NCBI GenBank assembly: GCA_010093815.1
Contig: ML996582.1
Strand: one strand, 5' to 3'
Length of the DNA stretch: 64,000 nt
Source of the DNA: Pseudovirgaria hyperparasitica
Lineage: Eukaryota
A program made the position numbers and the translations under genes. Under the pieces are notes generated by a model, which worked only from the letters and a program-made list of their open reading frames with translations, did no database searches and had not been told where the DNA came from. Positions 11,019 to 21,734 of this stretch are shown here, piece after piece. How positions within the stretch are numbered: the first letter of the stretch is position 1; each line of letters starts with the position of its first letter.

Positions 11019-12402
11019 AGGGCTTTGCATTGTTACGCCAAAGGTCAGAACGTGCGGTTGGGTCACTATTTATAGGACCTGCACAGTGTCCCTTGGTTAC
11101 ACGACCTGTGGACCGTCTCGGGGAGACTTGTTGTTCACTACATCAGATCAGCTGCGGGTGGATCCGTCAGCACATGGCTGGTGTGCTCTTGTTGGCCTCA
11201 TGACTTAACAAGGAAATTTTGTGTCAAGTCGTTGAAGCTACAGGCCAAAATCTCGAATTTAACTGCCAATCAAATCACGAGCGCATTCCAGCCCTACCAC
11301 GGCCACGTTCAACAAAACAGATCGACGAGCGGCCCGCAACCTTGACTGCCGTCCCTTCCATAGCGTACGTCGCGGCCCCTGTTCAGTCAACACTGTTTCT
11401 TCACCTGTGGCCCGCCTGGCCGGTGCTCCATATGGTCGCCCGGTGGGACTTCCTAACGACCTACCACCAGACACGGACACACTGAAGCCCGGCACAAATG
11501 TTACGACCATCGAGCGAGAGCCCTTTGGTAGGCGTTCTCGTTCATGCCAAATATGGGTTTATGTGATGTGATTCGCGCTTGAGTTCCCTTACAGATTTTC
11601 GGAAGCAGTTCCCTTCAAGTTCGAGGCGCATCATTAAGAAGGCGGTGCAGTCGAACTACGGATGAATTAGTATTCCGTCGCCCAAGATCAAGAACAACCA
11701 TTCCAAGATTGTCCACATACCGTCAGCCGCCACCTCCAATCCTAGCAAGAATGACACCGGTTAGCGATTCGGTTCATGCTGTTGGGCAGAAGTACTCAGT
11801 TACTCAGTTCTCCAGCAAGGGTTTTACCATATAATCTCGTCATTCAAAAAAGCGTGCACTTGATTACTTCTTGGAAAGCCGGTAGTCTACTTTGTGAAAT
11901 TTGATCTAGAAGTAAGTATGTAGAGAGGGGTCAGAACGTGTAAACAAAACACGTAATGCGGCCACATTTGAAACCATTTTGTTGCTATTATTTATTTCGC
12001 GAACGGAGACCATACCACTCATTGTCACGCTGTGAGTTACCAAGTCTTTCCCAAGCAGTATTTTCGAAGTGCATTGTACGAATTGGGATAGTAGACATGC
12101 AGGTGATGGTCTTGGAAATATGTACAAGTCAAAATAAGAACTGACTGAGGTAGTCGTATGTAGCTATCGACCTACTCCTCCGATGAGCAAGCCGGAACCG
12201 GACACGCTGACGAAAGCGTGTCCTGTTCCGGGACTGCATCACCAACAGCTAAGATATAGTAATGCGCATTCAATCTTATGGCAATATTACGCCACTCTCG
12301 GGAACCGATTCCTCTCTTGATGGCCGACGAGCTCTCTAAGCATGCAAAAGACCTCGAATCGACTGACAGCATCTCAATTAACCTAACCGCACGCGCAGCA
12401 CG

Positions 12403-13896
12403 ATGCAAGTAGTTACGCCCTCCAGAATAGGAGAAGAACTATCTCCAAACGCCAACTCATGGCCCCACAAGCCGATGAAATACCTAGATTTAGACGCCCT
12501 GGCTCAGCACAAGCGTATCAACAAGCTCTACACCAACCTCACATTCTGCTTTCCGCTGTCAGACACCAGTGTTCACACGCAGCTCTCCATTCAAGAAGCA
12601 TTACGTCGCGCCCTCACTCGTCGTCTCTGTCCTGCCTTTCCATGGCTCGCTGGATATGTTTGTGACGCAGGAGAACGTCCAGGGGAGGGTCAGGGTAGAT
12701 TTGCGATCAAGTACGATTCGTACGTCCCTGATCAACCACTCGGCAGCCATCTTGTCGATCCGCATCCCCGGTTCATCTCGTTTCCAGACTGGAAGGAATT
12801 GAAGAGGGTGCAATTCTGCCTTCCAACCGCCGGTCTTGATGAGAGACGTTTTGCTAGGTTCGAGACATTTGATGAAAGTGCAGGAAATGTGCTTGGCTTC
12901 GCGGTAGTATTTGTGCATGGAGGGCTGCTATTGACGGTAAGTGCCCACCACGGGAGCATGGATATGGCAGGGCTAGCATGGGCCATGCGGATGCTGGGGA
13001 AGGCGCTGAGGAATGAGAAGTACAGCGAAGAGGACCTGCGGGTCGGGAACATGTCTCGAAAGGGGCTGTTAGAGGGCTTTAAAGAGAATGACGAGTCCAT
13101 TGAGGACAGCAACGTCAAGGACGAAGGCGTGACAGAGCGAACAAGACCTACAGAAACAAAGACCAAAGTAAACGACGAGACCAAGCAAACCCGCCTATGC
13201 TGGGCGTCCTTCTCGTTCTCCGCCAGCTCACTGTGCATGCTAAAGGAGTCAGCTTCACACGACGGCGTCCCATCAGACAGATTCATCTCCACAGACGACG
13301 TTCTCAGCGCATTCATCTGGCAAGCCATCACACGCGCACGCACGACTCGATTCACGGCTCACCCATCATCACTCACCACGATGCTCTCTCGAAATATCGA
13401 CATGCGCCGCTCCTTTGGCGTCCCGCTCGCATATCCAGGCCTACTCGTCACCTCCACAACCACCCTACTCACGTTCGACAAACTCTTCTCTGCGCCCCTA
13501 GGCGCCATCGCGTATATACTTCGCGAGGCACTCGATCCTGAGACTCTGCGACGCGAAACACGGGCGCAGGTTGACTATATCAAGGCGCATAACGCACCTG
13601 CTAGAAAAGTGGGGGAGATTACGGGACTCGATGTGCGGCTGAGTAGTTGGGCGAAGGAAGATTGCTGTGAGGTCGACTTTGGGCCGGAGATTGGGAGGCC
13701 GGTGGCAGTGAGGAAATTGTTGTTAGAAGCTGGGGCGAGAGAGGGATTGGTTTATTTCTTGCCGCGGGGTCGGGATGGGGAGATTGTTGTGGATGTTTGT
13801 TTGACGGTGGGTGATATGGAGAGGATGAGGATGGATCGTGAGGTTGAGAGGATTGCTGTTATGGTGGGTGGTATGGGTGTTTGTGGTGATACCTAG
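12403..13896 (+). CDS. BAHD/Tri101-like (trichothecene 3-O-acetyltransferase family) acyltransferase, 497 aa
   Basis: FPWLAG, GGLLLTVSAHHGSMD (HxxxD), FISTDDVLSAFIWQAITRAR, LSSWAK, DFG...GRPVAVR, EGLVYFLP. Intronless; the start could instead be the Met at 12475. Confidence 0.85.
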   Translation: MQVVTPSRIGEELSPNANSWPHKPMKYLDLDALAQHKRINKLYTNLTFCFPLSDTSVHTQLSIQEALRRALTRRLCPAFPWLAGYVCDAGERPGEGQGRFAIKYDSYVPDQPLGSHLVDPHPRFISFPDWKELKRVQFCLPTAGLDERRFARFETFDESAGNVLGFAVVFVHGGLLLTVSAHHGSMDMAGLAWAMRMLGKALRNEKYSEEDLRVGNMSRKGLLEGFKENDESIEDSNVKDEGVTERTRPTETKTKVNDETKQTRLCWASFSFSASSLCMLKESASHDGVPSDRFISTDDVLSAFIWQAITRARTTRFTAHPSSLTTMLSRNIDMRRSFGVPLAYPGLLVTSTTTLLTFDKLFSAPLGAIAYILREALDPETLRRETRAQVDYIKAHNAPARKVGEITGLDVRLSSWAKEDCCEVDFGPEIGRPVAVRKLLLEAGAREGLVYFLPRGRDGEIVVDVCLTVGDMERMRMDREVERIAVMVGGMGVCGDT

Positions 13897-14484
13897 TATG
13901 GAGATTAGTAGGCTGAGATTTGTAGTTTTGAAACAGGTGAATTTAGAGTGCAAGGAGAGGAATATACGCGGACAAAGCATTCCAGAGCAGCTAGTGTGGC
14001 TTGTCAACTTGCCGAAGTCAACACAAATATGTTGGGATATGAATAATAGAGGCGTACACAACGATAGGAGCACTGCGGTCTTAAAAGTTTGGATTTGGAT
14101 ATTCTGGATCGTAGTATAGCTCAAAGTGTCTGATGATCGACGTTAAGTCTAGAAAGCTGACAAGAGAGTAACGGTGATGTAGTAGGTTTCTTAGTCTTTT
14201 GATAAAGTTCAGAACAGTATTGCGCTAGCTGCTCGTATTAATTTGACCGAAAGTTTTACTATACACTCACACGGTACAACAGTGATATGACATGTTGGAG
14301 GTGAAATTGAAGTTGGAATTTTAAGTCTACTCAGGGGCTTAACGACCAACTGTGTGAGAGAATGCTGTGTAATAATATGTAATCTATACTGTGCAAAGTT
14401 ACGACGTCACCATGGCAATACAACGTCATATACCGTTCGTTAATGGATAAGCAAAGACAATAACGATAATGATAATGAAAATTA

Positions 14485-14790
14485 ACACGGCAACGCTTTA
14501 CATAGCAACGCTTTACATAGCAACGACTTACATAGCAACGCTTTACATAGCAACGACTTAACACAGTAACGATTAACATAGTAACGATAACACAGCAACG
14601 ATTAACACAGCAACGATTAACACAGCAACGACGTATAAAGCAGCGACTTATATAGTAACGACTAACATAGCAACGATAACAACGATAATACCAACATAGC
14701 AGCGACTTAACATATTAGCGACTTAACATAGTAACCATTAACATAGCAACGATTAATATAGTAACGATTAACATAGCAACGACTTACACA
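14485..14790. repeat. Degenerate 15-bp minisatellite, ~19-20 copies, consensus ACA(C/T)AG(C/T)AACGA(C/T)T(A/T)
   Basis: Units read directly, e.g. acatagcaacgcttt, acacagcaacgatta, acatagtaacgata, atatagtaacgatta. Confidence 0.9.
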
Positions 14791-14890
14791 GCAACAGACG
14801 ACCACACAAGCAACAGACGACCACACAAGCAACAGACGACCACACAAGCAACAGACGACCACACAAGCAACAGACGACCACACAAGCAAC
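14791..14890. repeat. Perfect 19-bp tandem repeat GCAACAGACGACCACACAA x5 plus partial copy
   Basis: Identical units start at 14791, 14810, 14829, 14848 and 14867, with a partial unit at 14886. Confidence 0.95.
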
Positions 14891-16537
14891 CTACCAATCC
14901 TAGCCACACAATCACACACCTCGACACCAAAACCTAGCCACACACCCATACTCCCCAGCACCTACCCCCTAAACCTACCACAACTCCCTATCAACACTTC
15001 CATGCCCACCACCTCCCTCATCCCCTCCCATCCCCTCCCCAACCCCAGCCTCACAATCCCACAAATCCTCCTGCCCGCCATACTCCATTCTCCATTTTTC
15101 ATTCTCCATCCAGCATCAACCTTCTAGGCAGCCATAAAACCACTACCAACCACGCACTCACCGCCTCCTCGCATCACAAGACTCAATGCGGCATTTTCTC
15201 GCTCTGCCTTGCCACGTAACACCAGAAGGAAGAGAGGGGTGTGGTTGTTCAGTTGGAAATTTGGTTGTTCAGTTGGATATCTGGTTGGTTGGTTGGTTGG
15301 TCAGACTGAGTAAGCAGATGGATGGGTGCGTGCGTGAGTGAGTGAGTAAGTGAGTGACCGGACCGGACCGGACAGGGACAGGGCAGGGTAGGGTAGAGTA
15401 CGATAAAGCAAGGCCGATCTGCACATCATCGAATTGAATCGCATTACATTGAGACGAAGAAGGATGGAATACCTGCGTGTGCTGTGCTGTACAAGTCAGT
15501 GTAGAGCGTGTGTGTGGTTGTGATTGTGGCTATGCTTTACGCGCAGATGCGCGGCTACCACAGGGGTGGTGATCAACCCCCAGTAACATCGTAGAACCAG
15601 GGCATGAAGTCAAGAACATTGCATACGCCAACAGTACGCTGCGGAATCGTGAGGGTATGATAAAGCTGCCATGGTCACCGGAATGACGCCTACCGGGGGC
15701 TACATAGATGTAATGTACAGTTAGGTTGTTATGAGGCGGACTCGGGATTCTGGGGAATGTGGCTGAGGCTGGGGCTGAGGCCGATGATGGCTCAAGGCTT
15801 GGCGCTGAGTGTTAATATGGTAGCTAGGGTTTGGAACTAGAATGGAAAGAACTAATTAGTTGACGGACTAGTTAGTTGAACTATGATAATCGTGGTGAAC
15901 GTGCATGTATATCGATAGTAGATACTAGATGAATACTAGCTAACTCAACACCACAACAATCTCATACACAGCAGCCACCACGCGTAGAACACTCTCCCGT
16001 CTGCACCACCACCACCACGCAACGCCATGCAGCAGCGCAACGCAGCGCCATGCCATGCCCTCCATGCACGTGGCAGCCGCCCTGCAATGCCGGGAATTAA
16101 CCCGTTACTAGCCCACTAACCTCCCCTCCCCTCCCTCCCCCATCCCCTAACCCTCTTAGTCACCACACGATCGCACCGCATCATTCCTTACCACACCATT
16201 AATTCCCTATCCCTATTAATTACCCAACCATCCATCGAATACATCCCTTCCCATTCTTTCGCTTCCTCCTATCCTCCTTCCATGCCTCTATACTTCTTTC
16301 CTTTCTGCCGTTGTTATATTAGATTACATTGTAGTTGTCTCCTTGCTCGTACGTCGTATCTTACGCTGTTGTATCGTGTCCTATCGTGTCCTATCGTGTC
16401 CATCGTATCATCTCCTGTGTTCCGCCCGTGAGATAGACGGTGGGTGGGTGTCATTTCCGGGCTTCTTCGTTCGCGGGTGCGGTCGGATCTAGGGACGGAG
16501 AGGTGGTGGAGGGGTGTTTCGAGATGCGTGCGTGCGA

Positions 16538-16573
16538 TGGTGATGGTGGTGGTGGTGGTGGTGGTGGTGATGG
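16538..16573. repeat. (GGT)n/(GAT)n microsatellite
   Basis: tggtgatggtggtggtggtggtggtggtggtgatgg. Confidence 0.85.
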
Positions 16574-17363
16574 TAATGCTATACTGTGTTTCGTGGTAGT
16601 AGGCTGGTTGGCTGGCTGTATACCGACACCTCGACACCTCGACACCTCACTTCATAGATCACGTATACCAATAATTAAATCCACACAGCAGAATCGTGTG
16701 TAATATCTAACCAAACACCATCCTCGCGTACCGTTTTGGTAGAGACCAGGTCGCAATTTCAACTCTGCAGATACAGATAGTTCTAGCTAGATAATTACAC
16801 CCGGACATGATCGCGCGGCCGTACGCGAACTGTATCTATTATCCAATATCCATTCTCCATTCTCCATTCTTCAATCCACTATTGCCCGTTCTCCATTATC
16901 CATTATCAATTATCATCCACCCCTCCAACTATCCGTCCATCCGTCCACCCGTAGATACGCACCCACCCCCCTCCCCCTCTTAACCCTCCAAACAACCCTC
17001 CGCTACAAGCCCTCTCACCCATCCACTCCCCTCCCTAACCCGCAACCCCTCAAACCACAAACCATAAACCCAATACACACCCATCCCAACCCCCTGCCTT
17101 CACCCGTAAACAACCCTCCCGCCTCCCGCATCTGAAACACGCTAAACCACATGGTGCGGGCGGCATTTCTTAGTGGCCCGGGCAACTAGTGCCTGATGCC
17201 CGCCTCTCAAATTGGTTCTATTTTCGAAAACTTCTTTAAAAAAATGCCTCATTCAATTGAGACATTATTTTGCTCCCATATTAACATCTGCCGCGAATGA
17301 TAGAAACAGAGAATGAAACTAGGAATTTCGCGACGAGCGCACGCTCCTTCTAGGTAGGAAACA

Positions 17364-17371
17364 TATATAAA
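17364..17371 (+). promoter_or_regulatory. TATA box of the secreted-protein gene
   Basis: TATATAAA about 60 nt upstream of the ATG at 17430. Confidence 0.55.
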
Positions 17372-17429
17372 TCATCTTCGAGTTCATAGCCAACAAATTA
17401 TTCATGATATCTATCGGCATTACTCTACA

Positions 17430-18083
17430 ATGCATTTCTTAAACACACTTATTACTATAGTGGCTGCTACCAGACTTATAAACGCCTATCCACAAGTTAA
17501 CTCTCTAATAACCGACCGGGACGAAATACGAAAGAATATTACCCTCCCAGCCGTAGAGAAGATTATTACTGCACTCGAAGACCCAGATCGTAAAATTCCA
17601 GATCTATGGGAGCAAGTATACTCTCAGGTCGGATCGTATAATGTCTGGAACGAGATTTGGACCGAAGTTATCCATGGGTTCCACCGTATCAAACTACCGA
17701 AGTATTTGGAGACCAAAAAAGTTAGTTGTAACGACGACAAGCCGGAGAGCAAGGAGGATTATGAGCGTTCTTTGATATTGCTATTCGAATCTATTCGACA
17801 GTCTCATATCTCCAACCTTCACGGCGATCAACGGTACTCTCATGATTTAGTCCTTACATCTGGCACTGTCATGGCCTATGGATGTGACTATGGCTGTGGG
17901 CAGACTATACATCTCAGCGATCTCATAGCCATACATGCTGCGATCATGAATTCGTGTCCTGACAATGGCGGGTCCCTTGGTATAGATGAATGGCGCGCAC
18001 TCTATGGTGTTAGAAGCACATTGTCCGACGCTTGGAGTACATGTGTCCGCCGAACGGAAGATAGACCAAAGTGTAAGCATTGA
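17430..18083 (+). CDS. Small secreted cysteine-containing protein (effector candidate), 217 aa
   Basis: Signal peptide MHFLNTLITIVAATRLINA|YP, 6 Cys in the C-terminal half, upstream TATA. It is the only credible ORF in the repeat-rich island. Confidence 0.72.
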   Translation: MHFLNTLITIVAATRLINAYPQVNSLITDRDEIRKNITLPAVEKIITALEDPDRKIPDLWEQVYSQVGSYNVWNEIWTEVIHGFHRIKLPKYLETKKVSCNDDKPESKEDYERSLILLFESIRQSHISNLHGDQRYSHDLVLTSGTVMAYGCDYGCGQTIHLSDLIAIHAAIMNSCPDNGGSLGIDEWRALYGVRSTLSDAWSTCVRRTEDRPKCKH

Positions 18084-18121
18084 ACATAATAAGAGACGGA
18101 GAAAAGCGTTTGTCTGTTGGG

Positions 18122-18219
18122 TACTATGTCTATCTACATACTCTGTCTACTCACATACTCTGTCTATTCACATACTCTGTCTATTCACATACCCTGTCTA
18201 TTCACATACCATGTCTACT
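18122..18219. repeat. 17-bp tandem repeat TACTCTGTCTATTCACA, ~5.7 copies, just 3' of the secreted-protein gene
   Basis: Units start at 18122, 18139, 18156, 18173, 18190 and 18207, with few substitutions. Confidence 0.88.
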
Positions 18220-19652
18220 TAGATACCATGCCGGCCAAGAAACTACATACTCGGGGTCGACGAAGTAAATACTCTCATCCAGGATAGGCACGATACTGTA
18301 GTAACGACATTAGCTTGACTCCCATGAGACTTTAATCCACTCTCTCGGTATAACTACGATTGGGTTCGCCCGCCGACAGCCTACAATAGTCTAGCCACGG
18401 CTAGCGAACCATGAACTTCGATCATTCGCTGTCTGTTGGTCGTAGCAAGATGAACCTGAATGATGCTACAATACGAATGGCTGATCGGCAGATGAGTTTG
18501 GCAGGTAATGGTACGTGTGATGTGATGCAGGCTACGCGGGGCTGGGATGTGTGGTACGTGAGTGCGTGCGTGCGGCGCGTGCACGGGAGTGGAGTGGAAG
18601 GGATGACATACTATGGCATACTGGATGGATGGATGGATGGAGGGATATATTTAGTCCGTATACTATACTATGCTATAGTATAACGCATGAACGGATGGGG
18701 ATTGGATCTAGGATGGAGAGAATGGGATGGAATAATAACACTCAGAAATCGAACTGAGACTGGGACTGAGACTGAGAGTTCGAGAGATTAGTGATCGATT
18801 ACCACCTAGGCTCTAGATGTGTATCATAATCCATAGTTCATCATCCATCCATAGTTCACAATTCACAGTTCCAGCAGCGATCGATCGCAGCCAGAAAAAC
18901 ACCATGCGCCACGCCACGCCAGGAACCCAACCAGAACCAACACCAAACCAGAACCAAGTATCCAGTCATTCAGGAACCAGGAACACACCTCAGGAACACA
19001 GAAACTTGGTATACCTAGCTAGGATTACAACATCTAGACTATATGGTTAGTAGCTGTACAATCCAGACCAGATCCGACCAGCGAAAGGTTAAACTCCGCA
19101 CTACATAGTTACCTACTTCCTTACCTACTCCCTTCCGTACTTACGATGAACCACGAACCACGAACCACGACCCCAAAAACCCACAAAACACAACGAACCA
19201 CGAACCACAACCACGAAACCACAACGAAAGGTAAAACTCCGCAGCTCTTACGAACCACAACCTCCGAACAACGAACCACCAAAACCCCCCATCATCTCAG
19301 GGGAAGGAAGCGCACCACCACCAGCACCATCACCACAGCTACACACAGCAAAACAAGCAGCAGCAGCAGCAGCAGCGTATCGATCAAGTCAGTTCTTCCA
19401 ATCGACACTTCATAATTAGTGTATGTGTGCGGTATGCGTACAGTATGATACAAATACAAAAAGTCCCGCAAACGCACGTGTCGTCCCCTCCTCCTCCTCT
19501 AACCCACCCCAGCAAGCCCAGAATAGCAATACTTAGTTCTGCCCACTCATCCCCGGTAATCAAGTGAAGTGACTGCATCCCAGCTCCAGCTCGAGCTCGG
19601 GCCCTCTGTTGAGAATGTTTCGACGGTTTCGAGGGTATGCATGTATGTCTTG

Positions 19653-19702
19653 GCTGTGCTGTGCTGTGCTGTGCTGTGCTGTGCTGTGCTGTGCTGTGCT
19701 GT
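19653..19702. repeat. (GCTGT)10 microsatellite
   Basis: Ten perfect pentamers. Confidence 0.95.
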
Positions 19703-19795
19703 GCGGTGCGGGGAGATAGGGGGGAATGGGCAGGCAGGCAGGCAGGTATGCAGGATGCGAAACGCGATTTGAGCGTGACTTATGGGTGCCTGACC

Positions 19796-19870
19796 TGTAT
19801 GTATGTGTGTGTATGTATGTGTGTGTATGTATGTGTGTGTATGTATGTGTGTGTATGTATGTATGTATGT
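19796..19870. repeat. Compound (TGTA)n/(TG)n microsatellite
   Basis: tgtatgtatgtgtgtgtatgtatgtgtgtg... read directly. Confidence 0.9.
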
Positions 19871-20672
19871 GCATGTAATGCGTGTGTATTGTGAGACGAG
19901 ACAAGAGGAGGGAGGGAGGAGGAGGAGGGGTAATTAGTGGCAGTAGCAGCCAGCGCACGAGGGCACGAGCACGCGCACGCACAACAATCAGGCACGCACA
20001 CACACACACATGATGGATATGCAAAACCCACCGAACAAAACACCAACATCCACCGGTCAAAAAAAAATAGCAGTAAAAACGGGCCAGATCATATGATTTG
20101 AATTATTATTAGATTCTTCGGAAACTCGTCTTTCCCCTTCTTCCCCTTCCCCTCTTCCTCCGCCGGGACCAGGTCAAGACAAGACAAGTCAAGACTAGAC
20201 TATCTACTATCTGCCATCTGCTATCCATTTCCCCACCACCAAGATAGGAACGCGTCCCATCCATCCGTAGATGCATCGCATCATACCTATGCCAAAACTC
20301 TCTGGAAAACAACTTCGACAACAACATCAACTACTACTACTAGAAAAACCAAGGAAAAACAAAACAAACAAGAGACTTTCGTATGCGCCGGTTCAAATGC
20401 TATGCTTTCGCTTTCCATGGTACCCGCTGAAAATTTGGAGTTTTGTCAAAAAAGTACGCCGTTTCCATGCCTTGTGTCGGACGGAATGATGCAATGTGAT
20501 TTGATTGTGTGCCGTGTCCACCGGGGACAGTGCTGGCAAAAGGAGATAGAGAGAGAGACTTCGTCCGTGGCACTCGTGTTCAATCCGTCTGTGCATCTAT
20601 CGTGATCCCGTGACTATAGTGACAAAGAAAACTTTTTAATGGTCGGAGAGAGGAGATGAAGGTGGTGGTGCT

Positions 20673-21734
20673 TTAGTAGGCTGCGTGCCGGTGTGCGTTG
20701 GAGCTGAGGAAGCGTGTAAAGATGTTGCCGCTGGACTTAGCCTTCTTGGCCGGCTTCTCGTCGTAAATGTTGAGCGTGTGCTGGATCTTTTGGTACGAGG
20801 TCGCTGGCTGCACGTGCACGAGGGTAGCACCACTGTCCATATCGTAGTGCGGGATGCACGTGGCGTTTTGAGCGACATCATCGTAGGATCCAGTGAAGCT
20901 GGCAGGCGAGCCGCTCGAGACCGAGTCCGCGGAAGAGGAGCGTGTTGGAGGTGAAAGCGACGGTGTTCGAGAAGCAGCGCGAGAGGAAGGATAGGATGGG
21001 TATGCGTGGTAGGACAGGTCTTGGTACGATCGGTTGTAGCGCGACCTCGACTCAGCATGGCTCGCAGCCAGAGCGTATTGCTGTTGCTCTCGCAGACGAG
21101 CAGCGCGCATCTTTTCAGCCTGGGCTGCTGCTTCGCGGGCCTGATGGTCACGGATAGGCGCCAAGAACGGCTCGAGGTGTATGTAAAGATCTTCAGGATT
21201 GATCCGGAGGTCCCATTCCAGAAGGTGGAGGAGCTGCCTCTCCATCAGGTTGACTTCGGTGATTGAGAAGCCAAAGTTTTCGTATCCACGCACTGAAGTG
21301 TAGCGGGCCCAGTGCTTGTTCTTGGGGGAAGAGTCGTTGAGATTTTTGGCGGCCAGGATCAAAGAGGCGAGGAATATCCGGTGAACGGTACATTGCATGC
21401 CCTTTGCAACCGAAGGAAGACGGGCTTGTAGTCTGCTCAGGTAGACCAGCGAGGTCATCAGAGTTGGTACCTGTACATGTGACCGCTCAACCAGTGATGT
21501 GATGAATGCCTCGACGGAAGGTAATATCGAATCCTGTACATGTGACGAACGCTGGGGTGGACTGGAGGGAGGAGTAGGAGGTAGTTGCTTGCGGGTCTCT
21601 GGACGAGCCTCGCATCGAATAACTTGGGAGGCCTTTCGAGCAAGATATGCAATCATGTCCCTAGAGACTGGCATCTGCACGAAGCAGTCCAGAGCAGCCT
21701 TGTTCTGGTCTTGGGAGGGAATTGCGTAAGCCAT
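20673..21734 (-). CDS. PCL1: Pho85 cyclin of the Pcl1/Pcl2 type, 353 aa
   Basis: ATG in strong context (GCCATGG). Cyclin box [32 protein letters not shown]...[31 protein letters not shown]...[21 protein letters not shown]-rich tail with KPAKKAK. Confidence 0.93.
   Translation of the reverse strand: MAYAIPSQDQNKAALDCFVQMPVSRDMIAYLARKASQVIRCEARPETRKQLPPTPPSSPPQRSSHVQDSILPSVEAFITSLVERSHVQVPTLMTSLVYLSRLQARLPSVAKGMQCTVHRIFLASLILAAKNLNDSSPKNKHWARYTSVRGYENFGFSITEVNLMERQLLHLLEWDLRINPEDLYIHLEPFLAPIRDHQAREAAAQAEKMRAARLREQQQYALAASHAESRSRYNRSYQDLSYHAYPSYPSSRAASRTPSLSPPTRSSSADSVSSGSPASFTGSYDDVAQNATCIPHYDMDSGATLVHVQPATSYQKIQHTLNIYDEKPAKKAKSSGNIFTRFLSSNAHRHAAY

Noticed and set aside
14130..14156. Hammerhead-like core CTGATGA-tcgac-gttaa-gtcta-GAAA (also resembles a C/D box pair)
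   Set aside because: Stem II is mismatched and lacks the usual G-C closing pair. I found no complementary strands for stems I/III with a UH site nearby, and it is too short for a snoRNA.
14331..14961. Cys-rich ORFs with RCYVK and WSSVACVVVC repeats
   Set aside because: Translations of the 15- and 19-bp tandem arrays; unit lengths vary and break the frame.
16145..17040. Scattered CCCTAACCC telomere-like words
   Set aside because: Isolated single units within C-rich low-complexity DNA; no tandem array and no TAACCCTAA template-like context.
19060..19100. CCAGCGAAAGG resembling the 3' part of a fungal TPP riboswitch
   Set aside because: The adjacent GATAAT/TGATC elements are missing, there is no thiamine gene or intron context, and the motif overlaps a local direct repeat.
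18381..20600. Numerous short ORFs (HT, CAVLC, poly-T/S repeats)
   Set aside because: Microsatellite translations without coding bias or coherent splice structure.
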